The position numbers were made by a program, and so were the translations under genes. DNA of 63,050 nucleotides, counting the filler, from Reticulomyxa filosa (lineage: Eukaryota; Protista; Foraminifera), in NCBI GenBank assembly GCA_000512085.1. It is 17 parts of 17 records of this genome, joined end to end, with 100 filler letters (N's around TTAATTAATTAA, not from the genome) between each part and the next. Parts side by side here need not be neighbours in the genome. Positions count along the whole stretch, not along the records: positions 50,738 to 52,338 come from ASPP01019956.1; positions 52,439 to 57,494 come from ASPP01005379.1; positions 57,595 to 58,743 come from ASPP01024930.1; positions 58,844 to 60,900 come from ASPP01034371.1; positions 61,001 to 63,050 come from ASPP01025129.1; 12 more parts are not named here. One strand, given 5' to 3'. Under the pieces are notes generated by a model. It was not told where the DNA came from. It made no database searches and was given only the letters and a program-made list of their open reading frames with translations. Within the stretch, counting starts at the first letter, position 1. Each line of letters opens with the position of its first letter. This document shows, one piece after another, positions 50,638-62,955 of this stretch.

Positions 50638-51091
50638 NNNNNNNNNNNNNNNNNNNNNNNNNNNNNNNNNNNNNNNNNNNNTTAATTAATTAANNNNNNN
50701 NNNNNNNNNNNNNNNNNNNNNNNNNNNNNNNNNNNNNATAATAAATATATCACTTGTTTTCGGCGACAGATAAGAGTACAATGCAAAAATATCTCTTTTA
50801 TTTTTTTTCTACTTTATTTTTGTCTTGCTCTTCTTATTTTCCTGGTTGTTTTTTTTAATTTTTTTTATTGCACTATCAAAGGTTAATATTAAAAAGACAA
50901 GCGCAAATATTTCGCGTCAGTTATAGCTTTTTTTTTTTTGAGGAGGAAAGAGAGAAGACACATAATAGGTTACACTTACACTTGAATTTTTGCCATCAAA
51001 AATATTATCTATTCTCCACTTCCTTTCCTTTTCATAAAAAAAATGGAGTTTCACAAACACCACAAATTGGTACACCGAACAAAAACACCAG

Positions 51092-52220
51092 TTAGGCTTT
51101 TTGTCCATCATGGCTGTGGCTCAACGGCGATGTAAAAGCCTTGTTGTGTTTTTCATTCGATTCACTCGTTTGATAGTGATGTTGAGAATTTTTCCTGCTT
51201 CCAGGGAGTCTCGGACAAGAGCGCGTTGCAGTTTGTTTCCAAAGAGCAATGTTACCATTTGGAGTGTTATTATCGCTTGGAGAATTATTTGTTAACTCCT
51301 TTTTTGGATCACCAACTAAACCTAAAATATGTCTGTTATTTTTTTTTTTTTTTTTTTTTGTATTTGCAAAAAAAATTAGTAATATTTAATTTTTTTTTTT
51401 TTAAAAAAAAAAACAGAGCCACTAATTATATTTTAAACAGAAAGAAAACAGTAACTTGAACAAGGTATTGAAAATGAATGATGATCTTCGTCGCAACAAT
51501 AACTCGACAAAGGAAGAAAATGCCAGTAAAAACAACGCAATGATAATGGTAGTTTTGAGGGTGCGAAGGGCAAAAATTCTCATGTGTTTTGAGCGCAAAA
51601 AGACAAAGGAAATGCAACTGATGGAGCCAGCAAACATCAATCCCAATTGAGCGTCCGTGAAGCCAACAAAGGGTTTGCTCCAAAAGTAATGGATGATTCG
51701 CAAGGAAAGTTCTTGCGCCCTTTGTCTGCCAGCTCCGCCCATGCCATTCGCAGTGTCGCCAATGCTTCCCAACAATACGCTAATGGTGTTAAAAATTCCT
51801 TCTTTTTCACCACCTTCGCCACTGCCCTCTTGGCCCGTGGTCTCCGTATCGTTTTTGTTGCTTGACCAATACTTGGCAATTAGTTTACCAAAAAAGGATG
51901 TGGCCATTCTGTCATCCATGCCTAATTAAAAAAAAAAAACCAGAACGAAAACAAAATGTTGCAGGTACGAATACAAAACAAACAAAAAAGATTTTTTTAT
52001 TATTATTATTATTTTTTTTTTTTGATACAGTTAGATAGATACCTTTTTTTGTCGAAGCAGGTTGCTCTTCATCTTCGTTCTCATAGACTGCAGTTTGTCC
52101 CATTTTTGTGTTTTCCACGTTTGGATTGGCAGCTTCTCCACTGCTTGCCATTGTCGTCGTCGTCGTCATCGTCGTTTGGCTCTCGTGGGTATGTTCCACT
52201 TGCACTTGTACTTCAGCTAT
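51092..52220 (-). CDS. Hypothetical membrane protein, C-terminal part
   Basis: Exons with two hydrophobic helices; last exon ends ..HDGQKA*. Confidence 0.5.
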
Positions 52221-52438
52221 AATCCAAAGGCACAGCATGTGTGTGTTTATTTCAACAACAGACCATTTTTTTTTTTTATGTATTAAAAAAAAAAAAAAAA
52301 AGGGGGCCAATCCCAAACAAACGCGACAAACAAAAAAANNNNNNNNNNNNNNNNNNNNNNNNNNNNNNNNNNNNNNNNNNNNTTAATTAATTAANNNNNN
52401 NNNNNNNNNNNNNNNNNNNNNNNNNNNNNNNNNNNNNN

Positions 52439-52550
52439 GATTGACGACAACACATCCGCGTTCATCGAATAGTCACTGCTATGTTGTGCGTGCATTCTCG
52501 CCATTTCCAATTGGAATTGACCCGTTTCAAATTTGCTCAATGTCATTCGA

Positions 52551-52586
<36 letters not shown>

Positions 52587-52919
52587 GTAATATTTTTGCC
52601 ATTTGCAATGCTCATTGCATGACCATTCGAATTGACTAACTGCTTGTCACTCATACTAAACTCTAGCGCAGTCAAAGGAGTTTCTGTCCCGTGCTCATGT
52701 TGGTGACGCTCGTCCTGTCGTTCGTTGATGATTGTCAATTGGCCCATCTTTTGGCTGTCTACCTCCTGCTCTGTGCTCTCTTTGTACTGTGTCTTCATTG
52801 CCAGTTGCAATGTCAAGTTCACCGTGTCCACTGTCTGTCGTGGCGTGTTGTTTTTTGTGTTCGTGTTTGTGTTCGTGTTCGTATTGGTGGTGTTTGCGGT
52901 CATATGCTCATCACTCATT

Positions 52920-52950
<31 letters not shown>

Positions 52951-53646
52951 AACCTAAATTAAGAAAGTTTAGGTGAAATGCAGTTTGATTTATTACTTTA
53001 TTGCTATGCTCTTCTTTTTGTTCTTGCTGCTCTTGTACTTGCTGCTGCTGCTGCTGCTGTTGTTGTGAACACTGCCGCTTCAATGCAATTGAATTGGTAT
53101 CCTTGATCAAGTCATGGCTTTTCTCGTCATTTGACAAGGACATTGACAACACTTTCTCCAATCTTTCCATCGTCTTCACATCTGCAAAGTCTGGCAGTTT
53201 GCTCTTGCCAGAATGAAACGCTCGTGGAGAGTGTCGTCCTGTTGGCGTGTGTGGCGGTGAGCTGTGCTGCGACAGCTTCCTCGTCAATACACTTATTCGG
53301 TCTGAATGTCGTGATGAGTTTTGTCGGAATATTCGATACGAATGGACCCTTCGCGTGTACATCACCAACAAAATCGTGCTCACCAACCAACACAGCAATA
53401 AAATCCCCACTTTTGTCCAGAACACTCCCTCTTTTTGTTGTTTTGTTTGCTTTAGTTTGTTCACATACGCATACACACACGCACACATATACCAAAAAAA
53501 TAAAAAAAAAACAACAACAGCTCAGCAAAAACTGTAGAGTTTTCATTATTTGTGCAAGCTTGTGAATCCCGGTTTTTGTTGAAGACGCTCAAAAACGCTT
53601 GTTTCGTACCTGTGTTATGCAATTGAAAGCTACTGATATCTGACAT
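52439..53646 (-). CDS. Membrane protein N-terminus (TM1 + long low-complexity loop), possibly 7TM receptor-like
   Basis: Short N-terminus with NST sequon, TM FWTKVGILLLCWLVSTILLVMY, poly-Q/N loop. Confidence 0.5.
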
Positions 53647-56198
53647 CTATTTTTTGAGTATTCGTCAACGAACAATAAAATAATAAATAGTGGGCCTTTT
53701 ACTAACTAGATCAAGGGAAGCCTCAGTATTGATTTAAACGGAACTTTTTTGTTCGCAAGAAAAAAAATCAAACAATAGTACAATATTCACTACTTTAAAA
53801 AATGAATCAAAGGCGTAATAGTTGTTCTTCCGCGCAAACACTTTTTCCAATTTTAGTTCTTCACTACCCGGGTGTGTTAATTCGTGTCATATATCTCTAC
53901 GTATTGTTACTCACTCCAAAGTCAGTGGAATTTCAATTATCTCATTTGATATCTTGTGCTTGTTTTTTTAAACAAGACAGTGTGTGAAGAAAATATCACC
54001 AAAATGATCTGGACAGAAAAGACAATAAATTTCATCCAAGGAACACGTACACAAATGTGCCACAAACTTGTTTTGTGCTGGAAAAGGTCGATGTTGTTTT
54101 TGTTTTCTGATCCTTTTCTATTTCTGCGTTAGCTTATTACTGAAAATTTCTCAGTTCTTCAAAGCCAAAAATTACAATAAATCTTTATGTCATATTTTGC
54201 TTATCCGATAAATATTTATTGTACATTTGAAATGATTATGTTTCTCTGATGTGTTTAAGAGGTTTAGTAAGAGATTTTTGTAAAACTTTAAGTGATTTTT
54301 TAAATCTCAATTGCTTATTTTTATTGTTGTTAAATTCGTCAGTGAACTATACAATTCTATTTTTTCAACAGTGTTTCCTAAGTGCTTAAAAAAAACTAGC
54401 TAATTAAGTAACTTAGTATCATTGTAGAAGAAATAGAAAAAAAACAATCAATAAATACAGTTGAAGTAAAATAAATTACTTCAAATTTTTTTTAACTTAA
54501 CAAATCAACATTTTTTCAATTTATTATAGCAAAAATCGAAGTATTCTTCACTTATCTTGTTTGATATAGGGGTAGCCCCATCCACGTAATGGTAAAAATA
54601 ACGTATATAAGAAATTTTGAGCTTTTCTTGCCTAAAACAAAGTATATCAATACATTTGCAATTCATAAATCAAATACTAAGTAATCTTTTTGAGTTATTT
54701 CTTCGAGAATTATACAACAGTGGCGAACTTCGAACAAGTTCGTGATAGAATAGAAGAACAATACTTAATACACTAAAAATTCTGCACAAGATTTTTTGAT
54801 AGTTTGTACAAACTACACACGCGCAATTGCTGCTCGGACGTTGATAAGAAAATTTTGAATCACAAAGACTAGTTTGAGATTGTTACATTTTACAAGGAAC
54901 GTCACGTGATTTACACTATTGAATGCAAATAATCAAATAACTGATTAAAGATAATTTTAATTTAAGTTTTTCTTTGCAAAAACATTTTTATAGATACGTA
55001 TATCTAAAAAAATTCTTTTTTTTTTATATGATGAAATTCTTGATAGAATATAAAGTTTATGAAGTCATTGATAAGATATCAATGAACAAATTGAAGACCA
55101 AAAGATTGTTTCTTTGATATAATCAAGACTCTTGTGCAAGATATGCAAAAAGCTACATATCGATACAAATGAAATGTTGGAAAACTTGTCTATTTTAGCA
55201 TTAGATTTTGGAGAAAGTAAGAGCTATTCTTTGGAAAATACCATAAATAAATGCACTGTTCATTAGATGTGAGAATGCAGTCTAAGTGATCACTAAACAA
55301 GACTTTCAACACATTCAAAAAAAGGATTCATTAGTTAAAAAAGTTTTCTTTGAAAACATCAAGATAAATTGAAAGTCTTTTAATACATAAGTATATGTTA
55401 AAGTGATCACAACTAATTCAATATTAAGATCGGAAATGAAATTGATTGTGCTATTGACACATAAACAATAATATTAATTCATTTACTTTTACCAAAATTA
55501 GGCAAGTCTTGGCATGAAAAATGATAAGTGCGTTACAATGAGCAAAAGATGCTAATGACATAGCTCTTATTTGCAAATGAATGTGTTAAATACATAAAAG
55601 TTTATGTTAGACATTACGAACGGCAAGGTGGAAAAGATACACAATCAACAGCCAAAAAAGGTACAATATTCAATATTGTGTATATTTCATTGATATATCC
55701 TGCATTTTGGAAAACGTAATCAAGCAACCTTGTCGCTTCTCCTTGGGACCTTTCGGACACGAAACAAAATGAAAAAGGGTATATCACATAATTTTTATTT
55801 GAAAAGTTATTAAAGTGATAATAATTTGCTATTTTTTTACATTCCCAGATATTGTGATAGAATGCCACTGTTGCCCACTGTAATGTCAATTTTTCTACTT
55901 CTACTTTTCAACTATATTTTCACTTTTATCGAATATATAATGCTAATTGATGTTTTAACAAAGAAAGAATATTTTTCCTTTGTTTCAACAATTTTGGACT
56001 AAAATTTTTTAGTGTAAAGTTTGCATTAGCAGTGATTTTTTACAGTGACAACGTCGTCTATTAAATTTTTTTAACATATAAAATTGAAACACATTTGTAT
56101 TATTATTATAAAAATCTTTTCACCTTTTTTTATTTATTTATTTTTTTAATTGAAAGAAATGTATAGTGAAAGTAACTGGATTGCACTATAACACAATA

Positions 56199-57260
56199 CA
56201 GTAATATAAAAAAGAAAGTTGACACCATACAGAGATTATTGTATTTCTCCATGAAAAAACAACATTTAATCAAAATTTTTTTATTTAAAAAAATATCTAC
56301 GAATCGTGTAGTTTTTAAATATCATTTTGGTTTTTTATTAAGTCTTTCTAATTTTTTCAAAAATTTTAATCTTTCATATGATTTGGTTAAAAAAGTTAAC
56401 AATAGTGTTTTTCTCGTAGTCCTGAAATTTGACAATCTTTTTTTAAACAATTTTTGATATTTTCCTTTTTTTTTTAGGTTGTTCGATATTGACTTTTGTC
56501 ATTTTGATTATTTTGTTGACGAATATTAGTTGACAATCATTAGATGAACATCCATAACAAGAAGATCAAAATTTGGTATAAACATTTTAGCTGGTCATGT
56601 TTTGAAGCATTATGAACAGGTTACGCTTGCAATATTGAAGGTGGAGTAAATACTGATATATATAAAGAAATTTTATCTGACGAAATGCTAAAGAGCGTCA
56701 ATTGCTGCTTAGAAAATAAAAATAATTGGATTTTCCAACAAGATAATGCAACATGCCATAAATCGGAAAAAATTATGAAATTGTTAAAAAAAAAAAAATA
56801 ATAATGAATTTTACTCCAAATTCAACTGATTTAAATCCAATTGAAAATCTTTAGTGGGTAGTAAATACAAGTATTCACAAAAAAGGACCATTTAATACTA
56901 CTGAATAGCTTTGTAACTAATCTAAACATAATGTGAAAAATAAAAACAAACACTTGTGAAACCTTAATAAAGTCGATGTCAAAGAGAATACAGGCAGTTA
57001 AAAGAGCAAAGGAGATTTAACACGTTGGTAAACTTAAATTCAATTTTAAAAAACGAATATTATACTCATGCAACACAAAAAATTATTTTAAATAAATGAA
57101 ATTTTTGAAAAAATTATAAAGACTTAATAAAAAACCGAAATTATATTTAAAAACTACAAGATTCGTAGATATTTTTTAAAAAATTTTGATTAAATGTTGT
57201 TTTTTCATGGAGAAATACAATAATCTCTATAATGTGTCAACTTTCTTTTTTATCCTACTG
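56199..57260 (+). mobile_element. Tc1/mariner (IS630-Tc1) DNA transposon, degenerate, long TIRs
   Basis: About 170-bp imperfect TIRs starting CAGTA, flanked by TA; remnant transposase WIFQQDNATCH, PNSTDLNPIENL, SMSKRIQAVKRAKG. Confidence 0.9.
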
Positions 57261-57594
57261 TATATAGTAACAAAATTATTAATTTTTGCAAAGCTAATGA
57301 TTGTGTGCGTACGAATTTGGCATATTGCATTTATATTTGCGATTTGTGTTATTGTTGTCGATAAATAGTCGCTGTAGTGCTTGATATGCTCGTTGATATG
57401 GTAGTCGATGTCATTGTCGATTTGATAATTGATTTGATTGTTGGTACTGTCGTTACAACCGTTGGACGTTGCTTTTGTGTAATGACTTAAGAGGNNNNNN
57501 NNNNNNNNNNNNNNNNNNNNNNNNNNNNNNNNNNNNNNTTAATTAATTAANNNNNNNNNNNNNNNNNNNNNNNNNNNNNNNNNNNNNNNNNNNN

Positions 57595-58703
57595 ATTAGC
57601 ATTGGTATTAGCATTGGTATTAGCATTGGTATTAGCATTGGCATTGGCATTGGCATTGATATTAGTATTTGTATTTGTATTTATATTTATATTTGTATTT
57701 GTCTTTGTATTAATATTAGTATTGCTATTAATATCAGTATTACCATTAATATTAGTATTGGCATTGCTATTAATATTCGTATTGATGTCTACAGTGATAT
57801 GCATATTTGTACTTGCATTTGGATTTGAGGTGGCATGTTCGTGCTCGGGAGGATGGGCGTGAAGGTCGATATGATCTTCGGAATACTTGGCGAGATGGCG
57901 GATGGAGGTGGTAGTATGGGTGTGGGTGTCGTTGGCGGAGGATTCAAAGTTGCTGGACTTGCTATGGTGATGCACGTGCGACGAGGTTAGCAAAGGCACA
58001 ATGACGCCACTCAGCGACAGTTTGGGCAGCGGGTTTCTTTCCAAATACGGGAACAGTTTCCAAAACGTCATTGGTAATTCAAATCGCCACAGCACGCCTA
58101 CTGTTACCACCGCATAGATTGCCAGTACCATTATTCCTATAATACATATGTATGTACATATATATTTTATTTTTTAATAAAAAAATTTAAATTGAACGTC
58201 AAGAGGGGAGGGCCCTTTTTCTCTCCCTTCTCCCCCCCCCCCCCCCCTCCTCCAAAAATAAATAAATAACCTCCAGACAACATCAACAACGCATAAGTGA
58301 CTGACGGCGGCTGAGGGTCGGAAAGCAACGCGAAAAACAGCCAAAGAATGGCACACAACAATTGGCAAAGACAGACATATTTGATTTCCTCGCGAACGTG
58401 CCAAGTGTCATTATATGCGGGCAACTTGATCAATATGACTGTGCAATGGATCGTGGATACCAACAAAGGCACTGCCAACAGCACTCGGCTCGTTGACGAA
58501 TACTGTCCTCGGTTTTCGATAATGCTTATCGCAATGCCAAGCAACACCAACACAAACCATACTCCGTAATACATTAGTCCATACTTGGGGTTCCCCACAT
58601 CCAGTCTTCGACGTAAAAACCAATTGTTTTGATGGTCGGAGTAGTCAATGTGCAAGCGCCATTTTGTATCTTCCAATGCTTGGCACCAACCAATATCAAA
58701 CCT
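57595..58703 (-). CDS. 7TM (7TM-RGS-like) receptor fragment
   Basis: Consecutive TM helices with NDTWHVREEIKYV (D..IR.E.K motif), followed by an (NT/NA)n tract. Confidence 0.6.
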
Positions 58704-58843
58704 TTTTTTTCTCATATAAAATATATACATATACATGTATATANNNNNNNNNNNNNNNNNNNNNNNNNNNNNNNNNNNNNNNNNNNNTTAATTAATTAAN
58801 NNNNNNNNNNNNNNNNNNNNNNNNNNNNNNNNNNNNNNNNNNN

Positions 58844-58912
58844 GACACACTAGGATATCCACACTCTCTGCCATAAAACTGATTGTCATAAACCCTTAAC
58901 TTGACGCGTATG
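58844..58912 (-). mobile_element. IS4-family (IS231-like) terminus, left copy
   Basis: Reverse complement begins CATACGCGTCAAGTTAAG; 59 bp identical (inverted) to 60842-60900. Confidence 0.75.
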
Positions 58913-58950
58913 GTTCTTTAAACGCTCCCTTAAAATCAGATAGCTTTTTA

Positions 58951-60426
58951 TTAAATATATTTCCTTCTTGCTACGCGGATAGCTTTTCTTACTTGCACTG
59001 GATTTGTTCCGCCATAACTTCTTCTGCTTATAACAGCGCGTGAATTAATCAACACACTGTAAATCTCATCAGTGATTTTAGGCTCAATAGCTTTTAAATC
59101 GGTTATCTCTAATAATGATAATTTTGTATCTTTAGTTAAAGCTAATTTGATAATCTTTTGCGCGGTTTTGATAGCTTGTTTGGTGGTAGTACTTGTATTG
59201 ATTACCAACCAATTGACTAAATCTTGAGAAGTAGCAAAGCCATATTGTGCAGCTTCTTTCATTTCTTTTCGATTTACTACAAAGTCTGCAGTTAAAGCAG
59301 CCATTACATTGACATTGTTGAGTAGTGTATCGTAAGTATCAAATACAGGTTCAGTTATTTCTTGTAAATCTTGTGAGAAAGCTACTGGTAAGCCTTTCAT
59401 TATAGTGATTAAGTTGATTAATGCACCGTATATCCTTCCAGATTTACTTCTTACTAACTCGATAATTTTTGGATCACGCTTATAAGGGGTTAATGAACTT
59501 TGTACAACAAACGCATTAGAGAATGAGATAAAATTATTATTAGGATTATGCCAAAATAACATATCTTCAGCTATTCTCGATAAATGAGTTGCACAAATAG
59601 ATGCAAAAGAAGTGAATTCAATAACAAAATCTCTATCTGAAACTGAATCAATTGAGTTTGGAGAAGCTTTATCAAAACCAAGGATCCTAGCAACCATTTC
59701 ACGATTGATATGGAATGCGGAACCACCAAGTGCATTAGATCCATAAGGCGATGTGTTCATCCTTGCTCTAGCATCTTTAATTCTTCCGCGGTCTCTTCCG
59801 ATCATTTCCACATATGCCATCAATTGGTGGCCAAGTGAAATTGGTTGTTCTACTTGCATGTGAGTATAGCCAGGCATTAAAGTTTTAACATTTTCTTCTG
59901 CTTTATCTATAAGTGCTGCCTGAAAATTTTGTAATGCGCCATCAAGGCTATCATAAGCATCACGTACCCAAAGCTTTAAATCACCTGCAATTTGATCATT
60001 CTTAGATCTAGCAGTATATAAATTATCAACAGCATTTCCAATATTATCCGCAAGATAACTTTCGATATTATTGTAAATATCATTTAAAGAATTATTAAAA
60101 CTAAATTTTCCTTCAGAAATTTCTTTTTTAAGTTTATCTAAACCTTCAATAATTTTTTTACCATTTGCTTCAGCGATAATCTCTCTTTTTATATGCATCC
60201 TGATTTGAGCTTTTGTTGATTCAATAGCTACTGCATATAATCTTTTATCAACTTGAAGAGTACTTAACATTTTTTTTGTTAATTCATGAGTACTGTTGTT
60301 GAAAAACCCGCCCCAAAGAGGATTAACTCCGCCTTCAATAAGGGGTAGGGAAGAGATAAGATTATCATTGCTATTTGAGAATTCTATGTTTAAATTCTGC
60401 TTGGTATTTGATTTTTTTGCGGCCAT
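58951..60426 (-). CDS. argH: Argininosuccinate lyase-like protein (bacterial), with degenerate active-site motifs
   Basis: LWGG, RSKNDQ, MPGYTHMQ..QP, NSIDSVSDRDF, ELVRSKSGR, GGT.P..V; intronless 491 aa; signature reads QSSLTPYKRDP. Confidence 0.85.
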   Translation of the reverse strand: MAAKKSNTKQNLNIEFSNSNDNLISSLPLIEGGVNPLWGGFFNNSTHELTKKMLSTLQVDKRLYAVAIESTKAQIRMHIKREIIAEANGKKIIEGLDKLKKEISEGKFSFNNSLNDIYNNIESYLADNIGNAVDNLYTARSKNDQIAGDLKLWVRDAYDSLDGALQNFQAALIDKAEENVKTLMPGYTHMQVEQPISLGHQLMAYVEMIGRDRGRIKDARARMNTSPYGSNALGGSAFHINREMVARILGFDKASPNSIDSVSDRDFVIEFTSFASICATHLSRIAEDMLFWHNPNNNFISFSNAFVVQSSLTPYKRDPKIIELVRSKSGRIYGALINLITIMKGLPVAFSQDLQEITEPVFDTYDTLLNNVNVMAALTADFVVNRKEMKEAAQYGFATSQDLVNWLVINTSTTTKQAIKTAQKIIKLALTKDTKLSLLEITDLKAIEPKITDEIYSVLINSRAVISRRSYGGTNPVQVRKAIRVARRKYI

Positions 60427-60710
60427 AAACTCTTTTGTGATTAAGGTTTATAAAATGGATTATAAAATAGTAAAAAGTTATTTCGCTAAACCTTTAACAG
60501 ATTTTTTTTACATATCAATGCTTTTTTTGTATGTAAATTGTTTTTTAGCAAAGATTTTTTAATAAATCCGATTAGTTTTGCAAATGCATCGACGGTAGTT
60601 GTAAAAAGCAATAAAGCTAGAGAAGTTGCTGTTAAAAAAATTTTTCACAATGCACAAATAAAATCTAAAATCGAAGCCCCACGCTCAGAGTTTATTAGCT
60701 TTAAAGGAGA

Positions 60711-60821
60711 ATTATACCATTTTTGAGCTTTCCTGATTATATCAGAAAAGCCATTTATGCTACCAATTCCATTGAGGCAGTAAATCGTCAAATTAGAAAA
60801 ATCCTAAAATCCAAAGGATGA
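60711..60821 (+). pseudogene. IS256-family transposase C-terminal fragment
   Basis: [33 protein letters not shown] matches IS256 FP.EIRK.IYTTN.IE..NR.IRK. Confidence 0.8.
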
Positions 60822-60841
60822 AGCGAGGGTGTTTTCTGAAG

Positions 60842-60900
60842 CATACGCGTCAAGTTAAGGGTTTATGACAATCAGTTTTATGGCAGAGAGTGTGGATATC
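60842..60900 (+). mobile_element. IS4-family (IS231-like) terminus, right copy
   Basis: CATACGCGTCAAGTTAAG... running into the contig end. Confidence 0.75.
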
Positions 60901-61622
60901 NNNNNNNNNNNNNNNNNNNNNNNNNNNNNNNNNNNNNNNNNNNNTTAATTAATTAANNNNNNNNNNNNNNNNNNNNNNNNNNNNNNNNNNNNNNNNNNNN
61001 ACACTTTTTTCTCTTTCAATTGGTAGAATTTAAACATTCGTTTGTGATAGCTTACACATTATTGGGAAATGTTGTCACATTTATTTTTGGGACATTGGAC
61101 TCATTTCAGTGGTCATGAGATGTGATCTTGGGAAAGGTACCAGACTCGCTTGCAACTCAATCAAATTGGTGTGCAATTCTCCATCGAATCAAAAAGATGG
61201 AGTCATTAGCTATATTACTTTTGCAATCAATCAATTTATATCACTTATATCAAGTTTTTGCGATAGTGAAGATTCCTTTGGCAAATATTATAGATAGCTT
61301 CATTGTCAAATGCCAATCAAATTTTTTGTTGTTGCTCAAAAGAAAATTTTTGCTGTGTTAACTCCAAAAAAAAAAAAAATTATTTCAAATGAAATTCCAA
61401 GAAAATACAAAAAAATATATCTTTTTTGACTGAAATTTCTCGATACAATAATTGAACCTTTTAATGCAATATTTTGTCGTTGTTTATGTTGCAAAGAGAT
61501 ATGACTGATTAATCAAACAAAAAAATATCCACGTAAAATACTTTTTTATTGCCTTTTTTTTTTTAAAGAACCCTTTTTTAAAAAAGAGAAAAACTACTTC
61601 AAAAACTTCAGCAAACATTAAC

Positions 61623-62955
61623 ATGGCTAATCAAAATACAACACAAAAATCTCTTGAAAGACAGATTGAACAAATCCAGTCTCTTATTACCCCCTTTCAA
61701 ACTTTGAAGGTTTTACCCATTCCACTATCTCAACCTCAATGTGTGTCTCACAAACACGAAATCCTCATTTGTGGAAGTACAAATGAAAAAGCTTGTTATT
61801 CTTATCATACAATCAAAAACGAATACAAGTTTATCTGTGAGTATCCAAATAATGTTTCATTATTGGGATACTGTGTAGTGAAACTGGTAGATAACAACAA
61901 TAATAAAGACAGCAATCAAATCACTTTGTTGTCTTTTGGATCTAATGAGAGGGAAAAAGATAGGCATTCATTGGTTATGAAATATGTAAGTGTTTGGAGT
62001 AATGAAAATAATAATAACAATGACAATGAAAAAGGATGAATCGAAGGAATTAAACAAATCAAACAATTACAATCAATGGGTTCCTTTCACAGATAATCAC
62101 AATAATCCAATTATCATTGGAAGCGATAGCGATGTTTATAAACAAGTGTGTGCAGTGATTGGTGGAAGAAACAATAATTTGTTATTTATCACTTATCAAT
62201 ATCATAATATTAGCGTGTTTGATTTAAATATACTTCAATTTATTAAACATGATGATTTACCAATTAATATTTCACTGTCTCATCATTGCTTTGTATCAAA
62301 ATCAGAAAATGGACAAGGACAAGAAATGATGAAAACAAATAAACAAAATTGTCAAATGCTGTTGTTTTGTAGAAGCATAGGATTATCAATAGAATATGAT
62401 GAAGATAACAACACTTTTCAATTTCATGAACTACCTGTTTATGATGAGATTGCACAACTATTTGTGTGTGCATGTGTTTGTATCAATGATATCATATTGT
62501 TCTTTGGTGGATGGAGTCTTGGTTATGCTCCAAACTCAGTGCACAAATACTCAATTCGAGAAAACAAATGGATGGCATTTGAAAAGACTTTACCCAGTTC
62601 ATTGAGGGATTGTACCGCAGTACTGAGTGAAGACAATCATATACACATTATTGGAGGAAGTGATGATGAATGGAAACCATTATTTACTCATATAAATGCG
62701 AAAGTGTGTGTATGGGATGCTTCGCAGTTGGTAATGATTTGTTTATTTATTTTTTGTTGATTAAATAGAAATAAATTATATTACATAATAATAAATAATA
62801 AATAATAAATAATAAATAATAAATAATAAATAATAAATAATAAATAGTCAGCAAATGAAATGAAATTTATTATTCAATATTGGATCCGAGTTTTAAAGAT
62901 AAAATTAGGATGGATTGATGAATTTAATAAAATTGTTATAAACTATGTTAAGTAA
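61623..62955 (+). CDS. Kelch-motif protein of a Reticulomyxa-type expanded family
   Basis: PFQTLK.LP.PL..QCV.HKHEILICG..CYSYH..KNEYKFICEYP; ILFFGGW; IHIIGG; last exon IIQYWIRVLKIKLGWIDEF; frameshift near 62030; intron 62731-62847. Confidence 0.8.

Noticed and set aside
54560-55900. Possible decayed transposon or pseudogene
   Set aside because: Coding-like patches, but no diagnostic motif or termini that I can support.
3635-61000. Recurrent TTAATTAATTAA motif as a biological repeat or CRISPR-like array
   Set aside because: Always embedded in a fixed 100-bp N spacer; it is an artificial six-frame-stop linker.
520-62040. Frequent 1-nt frameshifts as programmed frameshifting, RNA editing or mass pseudogenisation
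   Set aside because: Nearly all sit in homopolymer runs in otherwise conserved genes; pyrosequencing-type error is the simpler explanation. Read or RNA-seq checks would settle it.
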